From Candidatus Omnitrophota bacterium (GTDB lineage Bacteria > Omnitrophota > Omnitrophia > Omnitrophales > Aquincolibacteriaceae), in NCBI GenBank assembly GCA_903856085.1, contig CAIOAT010000003.1, positions 64,318 to 128,317 of the forward strand: 64,000 nt of DNA, read 5' to 3'. Each line of letters opens with the position of its first letter. The first letter of the stretch is position 1. The notes under the pieces were generated by a model. The model was not told the origin of the DNA. It saw nothing but the letters and a program-made list of their open reading frames with translations, and made no database searches. The translations under genes were made by a program, and so were the position numbers. Positions 1 through 8,489 of the stretch are shown piece by piece.

Positions 1-678
1 GAAGAAATGCCGGCTTATGCCGAGGAGGTGCGCGAAGCGATCTATGAAGGTATCAATCTAATGCCGCTCACGCATCCCGTAGAGATATTAAAGAATCCGG
101 CGGGTAAGGTTACCGCGGTGAAATGTATGACCATGAAGCTTGGGGACTATGATCGCAGCGGCCGTCGATCTCCAACTGCAGACGGGGCGGATCAATTCAC
201 AATGGAAGCGGATCAGGTGATCGGTGCGATCGGACAGACACTTCAGGCCGGAAATCTTTTTGAGCTCAAGGATGCTGAGATCAAGATGACACAGAATAAA
301 TTCATTTATGCAGATTCCGTGACGGGCCAGACCTCGGTTCGCGGAATTTTTGCCGGTGGGGATGCTGCATCGGGGCCCTGGTCTGTCGTTGCGGCGATCG
401 GCGCTGGGGAGAGAGCCGCCGTGGGGATCGACCAACTTTTGACAGGTGGGGACCATGCGTTCTGGCGTGAAGAGAAGGCCGTGGACACGGATTTCGATCC
501 GGATGTGGATCCTGTTCCGTATCAGCGTGAACCGGTGTGTTCGATTCCGGTCGAGAAACGGAAACATAATTTTGATGAGGTAGAGCTTTCCTGGAATGAG
601 ACTGTGATGCAGCGTCAAGCCAAGCGCTGTCTTCGCTGCGATTACGGCAAGACGGTGACCCGGAGAGGGAACAAATAA
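1..678 (+). CDS. NAD(P)H-dependent oxidoreductase, glutamate-synthase small-subunit (GltD)-like FAD/NAD(P)-binding protein; C-terminal portion only (frame is open to window edge)
   Basis: Translation contains the GltD-type pyridine-nucleotide binding region (IFAGGDAASGPWSVVAAIGAGERAAVGID) and C-terminal cysteines; reading frame continues upstream of position 1 without a stop; stop TAA overlaps the ATG of the downstream hydA (ATAATG), suggesting translational coupling. Confidence 0.6.
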   Translation, partial: EEMPAYAEEVREAIYEGINLMPLTHPVEILKNPAGKVTAVKCMTMKLGDYDRSGRRSPTADGADQFTMEADQVIGAIGQTLQAGNLFELKDAEIKMTQNKFIYADSVTGQTSVRGIFAGGDAASGPWSVVAAIGAGERAAVGIDQLLTGGDHAFWREEKAVDTDFDPDVDPVPYQREPVCSIPVEKRKHNFDEVELSWNETVMQRQAKRCLRCDYGKTVTRRGNK

Positions 679-2450
679 TGCCGAAACTCTTTGTGAATAA
701 CCAGGAGGTGGAGGTCAAGCCGGACGCGACCCTTTATGATGCCGCCAAGGTCTTAGGTGTCGAGATCCCGACGCTTTGTTATCTTGAGGGCAAGTTGCCG
801 ATCGGGGCTTGTCGTGTCTGTCTCGTGGAAGTAGAAGGCGCGAAGACTCTTGTGGCCTCCTGTTCTACGCCGGCGGTCGAGGGCATGCGCGTCCATACCA
901 ATAATAAAAGAGTGCGTGAAGCACGGCGCATGGTCGTCGAATTGATCTTGAGTGAACATGAAGGAAACTGCCAATACTGCGGCCGCAGCGAAGACTGCGA
1001 ACTAAAAGAGATCGCGTCGCATTTGGGGATCGAAGACATCCACTATAAAGGTGAAAAGCCGGCGATCCAGATCGATAGCAGTACCCCGGCCCTTGTGCGT
1101 GATTCCGGGAAATGCATCAAATGCCGTCGCTGTGTGACGGTCTGCCGGGAAGTGCAGGGTGTGGGTTCGCTTTTTCCGCAAAATCGTGGCTACAAAACCA
1201 TGATCGGTCCGGCTTTCGCTATGGATCTGGACAGCGTGGCCTGCGTTCAGTGCGGTCAGTGTGCGGCCATCTGTCCAGTGGGTGCGATCCAGGAAAAAAA
1301 TGATATCGATAGGGTCTGGGAAGCGCTGGAAGACAAGACCAAGCACGTCGTGGTGCAGACGGCTCCCGCGATCCGCGCTGCTTTGGGAGAGTGTTTCGGC
1401 TATCCTCCCGGGACTCTGGTGACCGGAAAAATGGTGACGGCCTTGCGACGGATCGGCTTTCATTCGGTTTTCGACACTAATTTTGCGGCAGACCTGACCA
1501 TTATTGAAGAAGGTACAGAACTTTTGATGCGACTTAAAAAGGCTTTGGTCGAAAAGCAGCCTGTATCCCTTCCGATGTTTACAAGTTGTTCCCCGGGCTG
1601 GATCAAGTTCGCCGAATATTATTATCCGGAATTTTTACCGAATCTCTCCACGTGCAAATCGCCGCAGCAGATGTTCGGGGCTCTGGCAAAAACTTATTAC
1701 GCGACTCAAAAAGGCGTCAAGCCCGAGGACATGGTCGTGGTTTCAATCATGCCCTGCACGGCCAAGAAATTTGAAGCTTCACGGCCTGAGATGAATGCAA
1801 GCGGGTTTCAGGATGTTGATTACGTTCTGACTACCCGCGAACTCGGATTCATGATTGAATCGGCGGGTATTGATTTCAGAAGTCTTGAGGACGGGACGAT
1901 GGATTCTCCGCTTGGGATCTCAACTGGAGCGGCGGATATTTTTGCCAATACGGGCGGCGTGATGGAAGCGGCCTTGAGGACGGTCTATGAGATCGTGACG
2001 GGCCGTGAATTTCCTGGGGCGGACCTTCGATTGGGCCCTGTGGAAGGTCTGGCGGGCATCAAGGCGGCATCGCTTGTGATTACGGGGACTGTTCCGGAAT
2101 GGTCCTTTCTTGAAAATGTCGAGGTCAAGGTGGCTGTGGCTCACGGGCTTGCGAATGCCGCGCAGTTGCTGGATCAGATCAAGGAAGGTAAGGCGCAGTA
2201 CCATTTTATTGAGATTATGACCTGCCCCGGCGGCTGCATCGGCGGGGGAGGTCAGCCTCGCTACACGGACGATGCGGTTCGTCTTGCGCGCATCAATGCG
2301 ATTTATAAAGAAGATGCCGGGAAAAAGCTCCGGAAGTCCCATGCCAATCCCCAGATTAAAAAACTTTATGATGAATATTTGAAGCAGCCTCTCGGCGAGA
2401 AGTCCCACCATCTGCTTCACACCCACTACCACGCCCGCCCCAAGACCTAG
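678..2450 (+). CDS. hydA: [FeFe]-hydrogenase catalytic subunit (HydA) with N-terminal 2Fe-2S and 4Fe-4S ferredoxin-like domains; GltD-partnered type
   Basis: 590 aa; N-terminal plant-type 2Fe-2S motif (CRVC), two CxxCxxCxxxCP 4Fe-4S motifs, H-cluster motifs TSCSPGW (L1), MPCTAKKFE (L2), EIMTCPGGCIGGGGQP (L3); coupled to upstream GltD-like gene. Confidence 0.85.
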   Translation: MPKLFVNNQEVEVKPDATLYDAAKVLGVEIPTLCYLEGKLPIGACRVCLVEVEGAKTLVASCSTPAVEGMRVHTNNKRVREARRMVVELILSEHEGNCQYCGRSEDCELKEIASHLGIEDIHYKGEKPAIQIDSSTPALVRDSGKCIKCRRCVTVCREVQGVGSLFPQNRGYKTMIGPAFAMDLDSVACVQCGQCAAICPVGAIQEKNDIDRVWEALEDKTKHVVVQTAPAIRAALGECFGYPPGTLVTGKMVTALRRIGFHSVFDTNFAADLTIIEEGTELLMRLKKALVEKQPVSLPMFTSCSPGWIKFAEYYYPEFLPNLSTCKSPQQMFGALAKTYYATQKGVKPEDMVVVSIMPCTAKKFEASRPEMNASGFQDVDYVLTTRELGFMIESAGIDFRSLEDGTMDSPLGISTGAADIFANTGGVMEAALRTVYEIVTGREFPGADLRLGPVEGLAGIKAASLVITGTVPEWSFLENVEVKVAVAHGLANAAQLLDQIKEGKAQYHFIEIMTCPGGCIGGGGQPRYTDDAVRLARINAIYKEDAGKKLRKSHANPQIKKLYDEYLKQPLGEKSHHLLHTHYHARPKT

Positions 2451-2528
2451 CGATTTTTTAATTTTTATGTTGCAAGGTTTTGGGTTTTTTGATAAAATTT
2501 CAATCGTTCGGTTTTTCACGAATGCGCT

Positions 2529-3146
2529 ATGAAAAAACTTCCCCGAAAGATCATTACAAGGGTTCTGCTGTACATACGGACGCTTGAAGGCTTGGTCAAG
2601 GAGAAGCGTTTTCTGGTTTCTTCGAAGCAGCTTTCGGAGATCACAGGGCTTTCGGACGTCAAGATCCGCAAGGACATCTCGAATTTTAAGAAAGTCGGGA
2701 AGCCCCGCATCGGTTATAAAACCGTAGATTTGAAGAAGACGCTCGAGAATTATCTGCTCCAGAATAATACGGTGCATTTAGTTCTTTTTGGAGTTGGAAA
2801 TCTTGGTTCGGCGATTTTGCAGTATCCTGGGTTCAATCGCGACAAGATCAAATTTGTCGCTGCGTTTGATGTCTCGCGTCACAAAATCGGCAAGAAGATC
2901 AACGGTGTGGGGATTTATCCCGTGGAACGGGCGCCGGTGATCATTAAACGGTGCCATGCCGATATCGGGATCATCGCGGTACCGAAAGAACAGGGCCAGG
3001 AAGTAGCGGATTATATGGTATTATCGGGGCTTCACCGGATCGTTAATTTCGCGCCTTGTTCGATCAGCGTTCCTGCGAAGGTGCAGGTTCGTAATATCGA
3101 TTTTACGATTGAGTTTTTGTCGCTTTTTTGCGATTCGCCGAAGTAG
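2529..3146 (+). CDS. rex: Redox-sensing transcriptional repressor Rex
   Basis: 205 aa; N-terminal winged-helix (ITRVLLYIRTLEGL...SSKQLSEITGLSDVKIRKD) and Rossmann fold GxGxxG (VLFGVGNLGSAIL) typical of Rex; sits between two hydrogenase operons. Confidence 0.8.
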   Translation: MKKLPRKIITRVLLYIRTLEGLVKEKRFLVSSKQLSEITGLSDVKIRKDISNFKKVGKPRIGYKTVDLKKTLENYLLQNNTVHLVLFGVGNLGSAILQYPGFNRDKIKFVAAFDVSRHKIGKKINGVGIYPVERAPVIIKRCHADIGIIAVPKEQGQEVADYMVLSGLHRIVNFAPCSISVPAKVQVRNIDFTIEFLSLFCDSPK

Positions 3147-3175
3147 AAGCCTCAACGAAAATGCGGGAGGATGCT

Positions 3176-3517
3176 ATGGAATATGACGCGCAAAAGATCC
3201 TGAGCCAGTTTAATGAAGCCATGGTGGATATCCGTAAGGCTGTGCCCAAGGAATATGAGGCTTTCATAAAAGAAAAGGAAGTGATACTTGCTTCCGGGAA
3301 GGTTCCGGAAAAGACCAAGTGGTTGCTTCTTTTGGTGGCTAGTACGACTCAGAAATGTCCGGTCTGTATCCCCCGGGCGGTACGTCATTGCCTGGATGCG
3401 GGTTGGACGAAAGAAGAAATGCTTGAGGCTTGCATGGTGGCGGTGCTTGTGGGTGGTTCCAGCGCTATGACTTATGTGTCGTTGGTAGATAAAGCCATCG
3501 AACAGATGAAAAAATAG
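3176..3517 (+). CDS. Carboxymuconolactone decarboxylase/AhpD-like family protein with CxxC motif
   Basis: ORF 3128..3517 in track; the start preferred here is the ATG at 3176 preceded by GGGAGGA (3164-3170); contains CPVC...HC arrangement (TQKCPVCIPRAVRHC) characteristic of the AhpD/CMD core; track ORF start would overlap rex by 19 nt. Confidence 0.5.
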   Translation: MEYDAQKILSQFNEAMVDIRKAVPKEYEAFIKEKEVILASGKVPEKTKWLLLLVASTTQKCPVCIPRAVRHCLDAGWTKEEMLEACMVAVLVGGSSAMTYVSLVDKAIEQMKK

Positions 3518-3635
3518 AAAAAAGATACGGCTGAATAAGTCCAGTTTTTTGAATTTTTTTCTAAAGGGTGAATTGGACTAACCCTAGCATCCTTTGATGA
3601 AAAGAAAATAAGAGGCCAGGACAAGGAGCTTTTGA

Positions 3636-4127
3636 ATGGATAAAGAGATTTTAGAGCGAGAGGTCCGAGAAATCGCGGATTCCTGGAAAGACAAAGAAGG
3701 GAATCTGATCATGGTGCTCCACCAGATCCAGAACCGGTATGGCTACGTGCCGCGCGAGGTTTCGCTCGTGCTTTCCGAAATCCTGGATGTGCCGCTTGCC
3801 CGCATTTACGAAGTCATCACGTTCTATCATTTCTTCCGTTTGACCCCTCCAGGCAAGCACACGATCTCTGTTTGTATGGGAACTGCCTGCTATCTCAAGG
3901 GCGGGGCTGAGCTTTTGGGGGAGCTGGAACATCTTCTTTGCGTAAAACCCGGGGAGACGACCAAAGATGGTCAATTCCATTTGGAAATGGTGCGCTGTCT
4001 GGGGTGCTGTGGGTTGGCGCCTGTGTTGAAAATCGGGGAGAAGGTTTATGGTGGTGTGAAGAAAAAAGATATCGGTGACATCATCGCGCATTATTCCGAA
4101 GAAGCTGAAGCTCAGGCGATCGCGTAA
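3636..4127 (+). CDS. NuoE-like thioredoxin-fold [2Fe-2S] subunit of NAD(P)-linked [FeFe]-hydrogenase (HndA/HydC-like)
   Basis: 163 aa; 24-kDa-subunit-like cysteine pattern CMGTACYLKG ... CLGCCGLAP. Confidence 0.8.
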   Translation: MDKEILEREVREIADSWKDKEGNLIMVLHQIQNRYGYVPREVSLVLSEILDVPLARIYEVITFYHFFRLTPPGKHTISVCMGTACYLKGGAELLGELEHLLCVKPGETTKDGQFHLEMVRCLGCCGLAPVLKIGEKVYGGVKKKDIGDIIAHYSEEAEAQAIA

Positions 4128-4144
4128 CGGAGAGGCAGGCACCT

Positions 4145-4495
4145 ATGATTAAAATGACAAAGAAAGACTTAGACGCCACAAAACAGAAATATGCTGAAGC
4201 GGATCGTAACTGGATCAAGGTGGGTTTTAGCACCTGCGGGATCGCGGCTGGGGCCAAGGAAGTTTATGACACGTTGGTCGAAGAAAGCCGCAAGCACAGC
4301 GCTGACGTGGAGATTAAAAAATGCGGGTGTGTAGGGATGTGCTCCGCGGAACCGCTCGTGGAGGTTCATGTTAAGAATATGCCGACGGTGTTTTACGGCA
4401 AGGTCGATAAAGAGGTCGCGACCAAGATCATGGAAAAGCATGTGTGCGGCAAGATGCTTGTGAACGACAAGATCTACGATTTGAAACTTAATTGA
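4145..4495 (+). CDS. Small thioredoxin-like [2Fe-2S] ferredoxin subunit (HndB-like)
   Basis: 116 aa; four Cys (STCGIAAG, KKCGCVGMCS); position between NuoE-like and NuoF-like genes as in Hnd-type operons. Confidence 0.6.
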   Translation: MIKMTKKDLDATKQKYAEADRNWIKVGFSTCGIAAGAKEVYDTLVEESRKHSADVEIKKCGCVGMCSAEPLVEVHVKNMPTVFYGKVDKEVATKIMEKHVCGKMLVNDKIYDLKLN

Positions 4496-4510
4496 GGATT
4501 TGGGGAAGCT

Positions 4511-6250
4511 ATGGGAAAGACAGTTTTCATTAAAGATACGGCGATCACGGGGAAGGACCGGACACGCGATTTCTATGGGGTGTTTCTCGGGACTTTGAGA
4601 GAAAAAGGGCTGGAGAACGAGGTTCAGCTCGTGCGTGTTGCGGATATTGGCATTTACGGCCAAGGGATGACTGTTCGGGTGTTGCCTGAAAATTTTCTTT
4701 ATACGAACGTTCAGGAGAATGATATCCCGGCGATCGTTCAGGACAGCGTTGTGGGAGGTAGGCCTGTCGAGGGGAAGGCGAGCGCGCAGCCCTCCAAGCA
4801 GCTTCGGATCGTGCTTCGTAATTGCGGCGTGATCGATCCAGAAAGCATTGAGGACTATATCGCGCGGGACGGATATCAGGCCCTCGCGAAGGTCCTCACT
4901 GAATACACGCCTGAAAAGGTGGCTCAGGAAATTAAAAATTCGGGACTCAGGGGGCGTGGCGGTGCGGGGTTCCCGACGGGATTGAAATGGGACATTACGC
5001 GCAAGGCCCAGGGCGACCAGAAATATATTATCTGTAACGGTGACGAAGGGGACCCAGGTGCGTACATGGACCGCAGCGTGCTGGAGGGCGATCCCCATTC
5101 CGTGATTGAGGGCATGACCATCGGAGCGTACGCGATTGGTGCTTCCAAGGGATATTTCTATATTCGGGCGGAGTATCCTCTTGCCATCGAGAGGATCGAA
5201 AAAGCCATGCGTCAGTGCCATGAGCGCGGGATTCTTGGCAATGGTATCTTGGGTTCTTCCTTTAATTTTGATCTCGAGATCCGTTTGGGTGCCGGGGCTT
5301 TCGTGTGCGGCGAGGAAACAGCGCTCATTGCTTCTATCGAAGGCAAACGGGGTTATCCGAGTCCGCGGCCTCCCTTTCCGTCTATTAAAGGACTTTGGGG
5401 AAGGCCGACCTGTATCAATAACGTTGAGACTCTAGCGAATATTCCGGTCATTGTGATGAAAGGCGGGGCCTGGTTCGCGGGTATTGGGACCGAGACCTCG
5501 AAGGGGACCAAGGTGTTTGCCGTCACCGGGAAGGTGAAGAATTCCGGTCTTGTGGAAGTTCCGATGGGGACTGCGGTCGAAGATGTTGTTTATGGAATTT
5601 GTGGCGGGGCGATGGCCGGGAAGAATGTCAAGGCGATTCAAACCGGAGGTCCTTCTGGGGGCGTGATCCCGAAAGAATTTTTCCAGACTAAAGTGGATTA
5701 CGAAAGTTTGCAAAAAATGGGTTCCATTATGGGCTCCGGCGGCATGATCGTTATGGACGAGGACGATTGCATGGTGGATATCGCTAAATTCTATCTTGGA
5801 TTTTGTGTGGATGAATCTTGCGGAAAGTGCGCTCCATGCCGTATCGGGGGAACGCAGATGTTGAAACTTCTTGTGAAGGTTACCGACGGAGAGGGGACGC
5901 AAAAGGATCTGGACCAGCTCGAGCAAATCTCCTTTGCCATGCAAAAAGCTTCTCTTTGCGGTCTTGGACAAACGGCCCCGAATCCCGTGCTTTCGACCTT
6001 GCATTATTATCGTGCCGAATATGATGCTCATGTGGACAAAAAGAAATGCCCGGCCTGTAAATGCGCCAAGTTGGTTCGGTTTATGATTATGAGCGAAAAA
6101 TGCGTGAAATGCGGCATGTGTTTTAAGGCCTGCCCTGTGGGCGCCATTTCCGGAAATCGCGAAAGCGGTTATTTGATCGATCAGACAAAATGTATTCGCT
6201 GTGGTCAATGCTTTGAGGTTTGTAAACCCCGCGCGATCAGCCGGGGCTAA
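4511..6250 (+). CDS. NuoF-like NAD(P)H-binding flavoprotein subunit of hydrogenase (HndC/HydB-like) with C-terminal 2x[4Fe-4S] ferredoxin domain
   Basis: 579 aa; GRGGAGFPTG nucleotide site, FMN region, ESCGKCAPCR 4Fe-4S, C-terminal CVKCGMCFKACP and CIRCGQCFEVC; N-terminal ~100 aa Cys-less. Confidence 0.85.
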   Translation: MGKTVFIKDTAITGKDRTRDFYGVFLGTLREKGLENEVQLVRVADIGIYGQGMTVRVLPENFLYTNVQENDIPAIVQDSVVGGRPVEGKASAQPSKQLRIVLRNCGVIDPESIEDYIARDGYQALAKVLTEYTPEKVAQEIKNSGLRGRGGAGFPTGLKWDITRKAQGDQKYIICNGDEGDPGAYMDRSVLEGDPHSVIEGMTIGAYAIGASKGYFYIRAEYPLAIERIEKAMRQCHERGILGNGILGSSFNFDLEIRLGAGAFVCGEETALIASIEGKRGYPSPRPPFPSIKGLWGRPTCINNVETLANIPVIVMKGGAWFAGIGTETSKGTKVFAVTGKVKNSGLVEVPMGTAVEDVVYGICGGAMAGKNVKAIQTGGPSGGVIPKEFFQTKVDYESLQKMGSIMGSGGMIVMDEDDCMVDIAKFYLGFCVDESCGKCAPCRIGGTQMLKLLVKVTDGEGTQKDLDQLEQISFAMQKASLCGLGQTAPNPVLSTLHYYRAEYDAHVDKKKCPACKCAKLVRFMIMSEKCVKCGMCFKACPVGAISGNRESGYLIDQTKCIRCGQCFEVCKPRAISRG

Positions 6251-6286
6251 GATAAGACAGAATTCATAGTGAGAGAAGGAGAAGTT

Positions 6287-8038
6287 ATGGTTAATGCTAT
6301 TATTAACGGGCTGAAAGTCGAAGTGCCCGCGAATACCACCATTTTAGATGCGGCAAAAAAGGTCCAGACTAGGATTCCGACGCTTTGCAAGCACCCTGAT
6401 TCCTACCTGCACGCTTCTGCGGCTTGCGGTATTTGCATCGTAAGGGTCAAGGGTACTAAAAAGATGTTGCGGGCCTGTTGCACTCCTTTGGAAGAGGGGA
6501 TGGACATTGTGACTCACGATCCGGAAATCGTATCGATTCGCAGGACGGTTCTGGAGCTTATTCTTTCCAATCATCCGAACGAATGTCTGACCTGCGGAAG
6601 GAATAACAATTGCGAACTGCAGTCTCTGGTGGCGGATTTTGGGATTCGGGAAGAATTCTATGAAAAGATCGTCCGGGATATTCCCATAGACGATTCGACC
6701 GGGAACATCGTGCTGGAACCCCGGAAGTGTATCAACTGCGGCCGCTGCGTCGATGTTTGCCAGAATGTACAGGACGTGTGGGCGCTTACTTTTCTTCAGC
6801 GAGGATTTAATACCCGTATTGCAGCGGCAGGGGATATTAGCTTGGCCGAATCCCCTTGCGTTCGGTGCGGGCAGTGTGCCGCTCATTGTCCGACCGGAGC
6901 GATCTTTGAGAAAGACGATACGAAGCTTGCGTGGAAAGCGCTTCGTGATCCAGAACAATATTGCGTGGTCCAGATCGCCCCTGCGGTGCGTGTGGCGCTT
7001 GGAGAGGCTTTCGGTTTTCCGCTCGGAGCCAATGTAACGAAGAAAATGTACACCGCTCTTCGGCGTATGGGTTTTAAGGCGGTCTTCGATACGAATTTTG
7101 CCGCAGATGTGACCATCATGGAAGAAGCGAGCGAATTTATCGAGCGGTTCGTCCATAAGAAAGGACCCCTTCCGCTCATCACGACCTGCTGTCCTTCGTG
7201 GGTGGATTTTATGGAAAAATTTCATTCGGATATGATCCCGTATTTCTCTTCCTCGAAATCGCCGCATGAGATGATGGGTGTGCTGATCAAAACCTATTAC
7301 GCGGAAAAGAACAAGTTGGATCCCGCGAAAATTAAAGTGATCTCGATCATGCCTTGCACGGCCAAGAAGTTTGAGATTTCGCGTAGCCACGAGATGTCAG
7401 TTTCTGGATTCCAAGACGTAGACGTGGTGCTCACGACTCGGGAACTTGCGCGAATGATCAAACAGTCATGTATCAATTTTTCAAACCTTCCAGACACGGA
7501 ATGTGATCATATTTTGGGGGATTATAGCGGTGCCGGAACGATCTTCGGGGCGACCGGCGGTGTGATGGAAGCGGCGCTGCGCACGGCCTATTCCTTTGCG
7601 ACAGGCAAAAAGCTTCCCAAAGTTGAATTTGAAAACGTCCGGGGCTTAAAAGGCGTCAAAGAGACTTCGGTCAACATTGAAGGCACGGAAGTAAAGATCG
7701 CGGTTGCGCATGGTCTTGCGAATGTGGAATATGTTCTTACTCAAATACGCAAGGCCCAGAAGGAGGGCAAACCTCTCCCGTATCACTTTGTCGAGGTCAT
7801 GGCTTGCCCTGGCGGCTGCGTAGGCGGTGGTGGACAGCCGTATGGCGTGACGGATGAACTGCGTTTGGCGCGTGCGAAGGGACTTTATTCGGATGACGAG
7901 GCCCAAACGGTCCGATGCTCGCATGAGAATCCGTATGTGCAGCAGCTTTACAAGGATTTTCTCGGGAAGCCCTTAAGTGAGAAGGCCCACCATCTGTTGC
8001 ATACGAAGTATCAGCCGTTGCCTATTTATAGGCGGTAA
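6287..8038 (+). CDS. hydA: [FeFe]-hydrogenase catalytic subunit (HndD/HydA-like)
   Basis: Start chosen at ATG 6287 (MVNAIING) with AAGGAG RBS; H-cluster motifs TTCCPSW, MPCTAKKFE, EVMACPGGCVGGGGQP; N-terminal 2Fe-2S and 4Fe-4S motifs; paralog of 678..2450. Confidence 0.85.
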   Translation: MVNAIINGLKVEVPANTTILDAAKKVQTRIPTLCKHPDSYLHASAACGICIVRVKGTKKMLRACCTPLEEGMDIVTHDPEIVSIRRTVLELILSNHPNECLTCGRNNNCELQSLVADFGIREEFYEKIVRDIPIDDSTGNIVLEPRKCINCGRCVDVCQNVQDVWALTFLQRGFNTRIAAAGDISLAESPCVRCGQCAAHCPTGAIFEKDDTKLAWKALRDPEQYCVVQIAPAVRVALGEAFGFPLGANVTKKMYTALRRMGFKAVFDTNFAADVTIMEEASEFIERFVHKKGPLPLITTCCPSWVDFMEKFHSDMIPYFSSSKSPHEMMGVLIKTYYAEKNKLDPAKIKVISIMPCTAKKFEISRSHEMSVSGFQDVDVVLTTRELARMIKQSCINFSNLPDTECDHILGDYSGAGTIFGATGGVMEAALRTAYSFATGKKLPKVEFENVRGLKGVKETSVNIEGTEVKIAVAHGLANVEYVLTQIRKAQKEGKPLPYHFVEVMACPGGCVGGGGQPYGVTDELRLARAKGLYSDDEAQTVRCSHENPYVQQLYKDFLGKPLSEKAHHLLHTKYQPLPIYRR

Positions 8039-8129
8039 TATCAAGTAGCGTGGTTTTGAGTTCCTGAAGAAGAGGGCCCGCATAAGCTGGCCTGAAGCTA
8101 AGGGAAAGACAATCAAATAGTTGTCTTGT

Positions 8130-8163
8130 CCCAGCTTCCTCCCAGGAGCTGGGATTTTTTTTT
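8130..8163 (+). terminator. Rho-independent terminator after hnd operon (CCCAGCT / AGCTGGG stem followed by T9)
   Basis: Inverted repeat cccagct...agctggg at 8130-8153 followed by tttttttttt at 8155-8163, immediately downstream of the second hydA. Confidence 0.7.
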
Positions 8164-8226
8164 GGCGACAGCGGGACGCATCCGTCAGGCTTTAGGATGC
8201 ATAACGAACCGGAAAGGACGAGACGT

Positions 8227-8475
8227 ATGAACAAACGTTTGGGATTTGTCGGGATCATTATTGAGGATCGCAAGAAGGCAGCCGAAGAGGTGAACCATCT
8301 GCTTTCGGAGCACGGAGACATGGTCGTGGCGCGTGTCGGGATCCCGTATAAGGAAAAACATTGCTGCGTGATTACTCTGATTGTGGATACGACGACCGAT
8401 GAATTGGGAGCTCTCACCGGAAAACTTGGAACGCTCGAAGGTGTGTCGGTCAAATCTGCGCTCACGAAAGCTTAA
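8227..8475 (+). CDS. TM1266-like ACT-domain protein (putative iron-only hydrogenase system regulator family)
   Basis: 82 aa from ATG 8227 (MNKRLGFVGIIIEDRKKAAEEVNHLLSEHGDMVVARVGIPY...); small ACT-like fold pattern and genomic context directly upstream of hydF/hydG/hydE. Confidence 0.6.
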   Translation: MNKRLGFVGIIIEDRKKAAEEVNHLLSEHGDMVVARVGIPYKEKHCCVITLIVDTTTDELGALTGKLGTLEGVSVKSALTKA

Positions 8476-8489
8476 GGAAAAACAAAGAC

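Noticed and set aside
2489-2520. Possible Rex operators upstream of rex (TTGATAAAATTTCAA; TTCACGAA half-site) and upstream of the NuoE-like gene (3538-3592, AGTCCAG...TTGGACT)
   Set aside because: None matches the TTGTGAA-N4-TTCACAA consensus well: the first has 5 mismatches and the second is a different inverted repeat. They are left unannotated pending a motif model from the organism itself.
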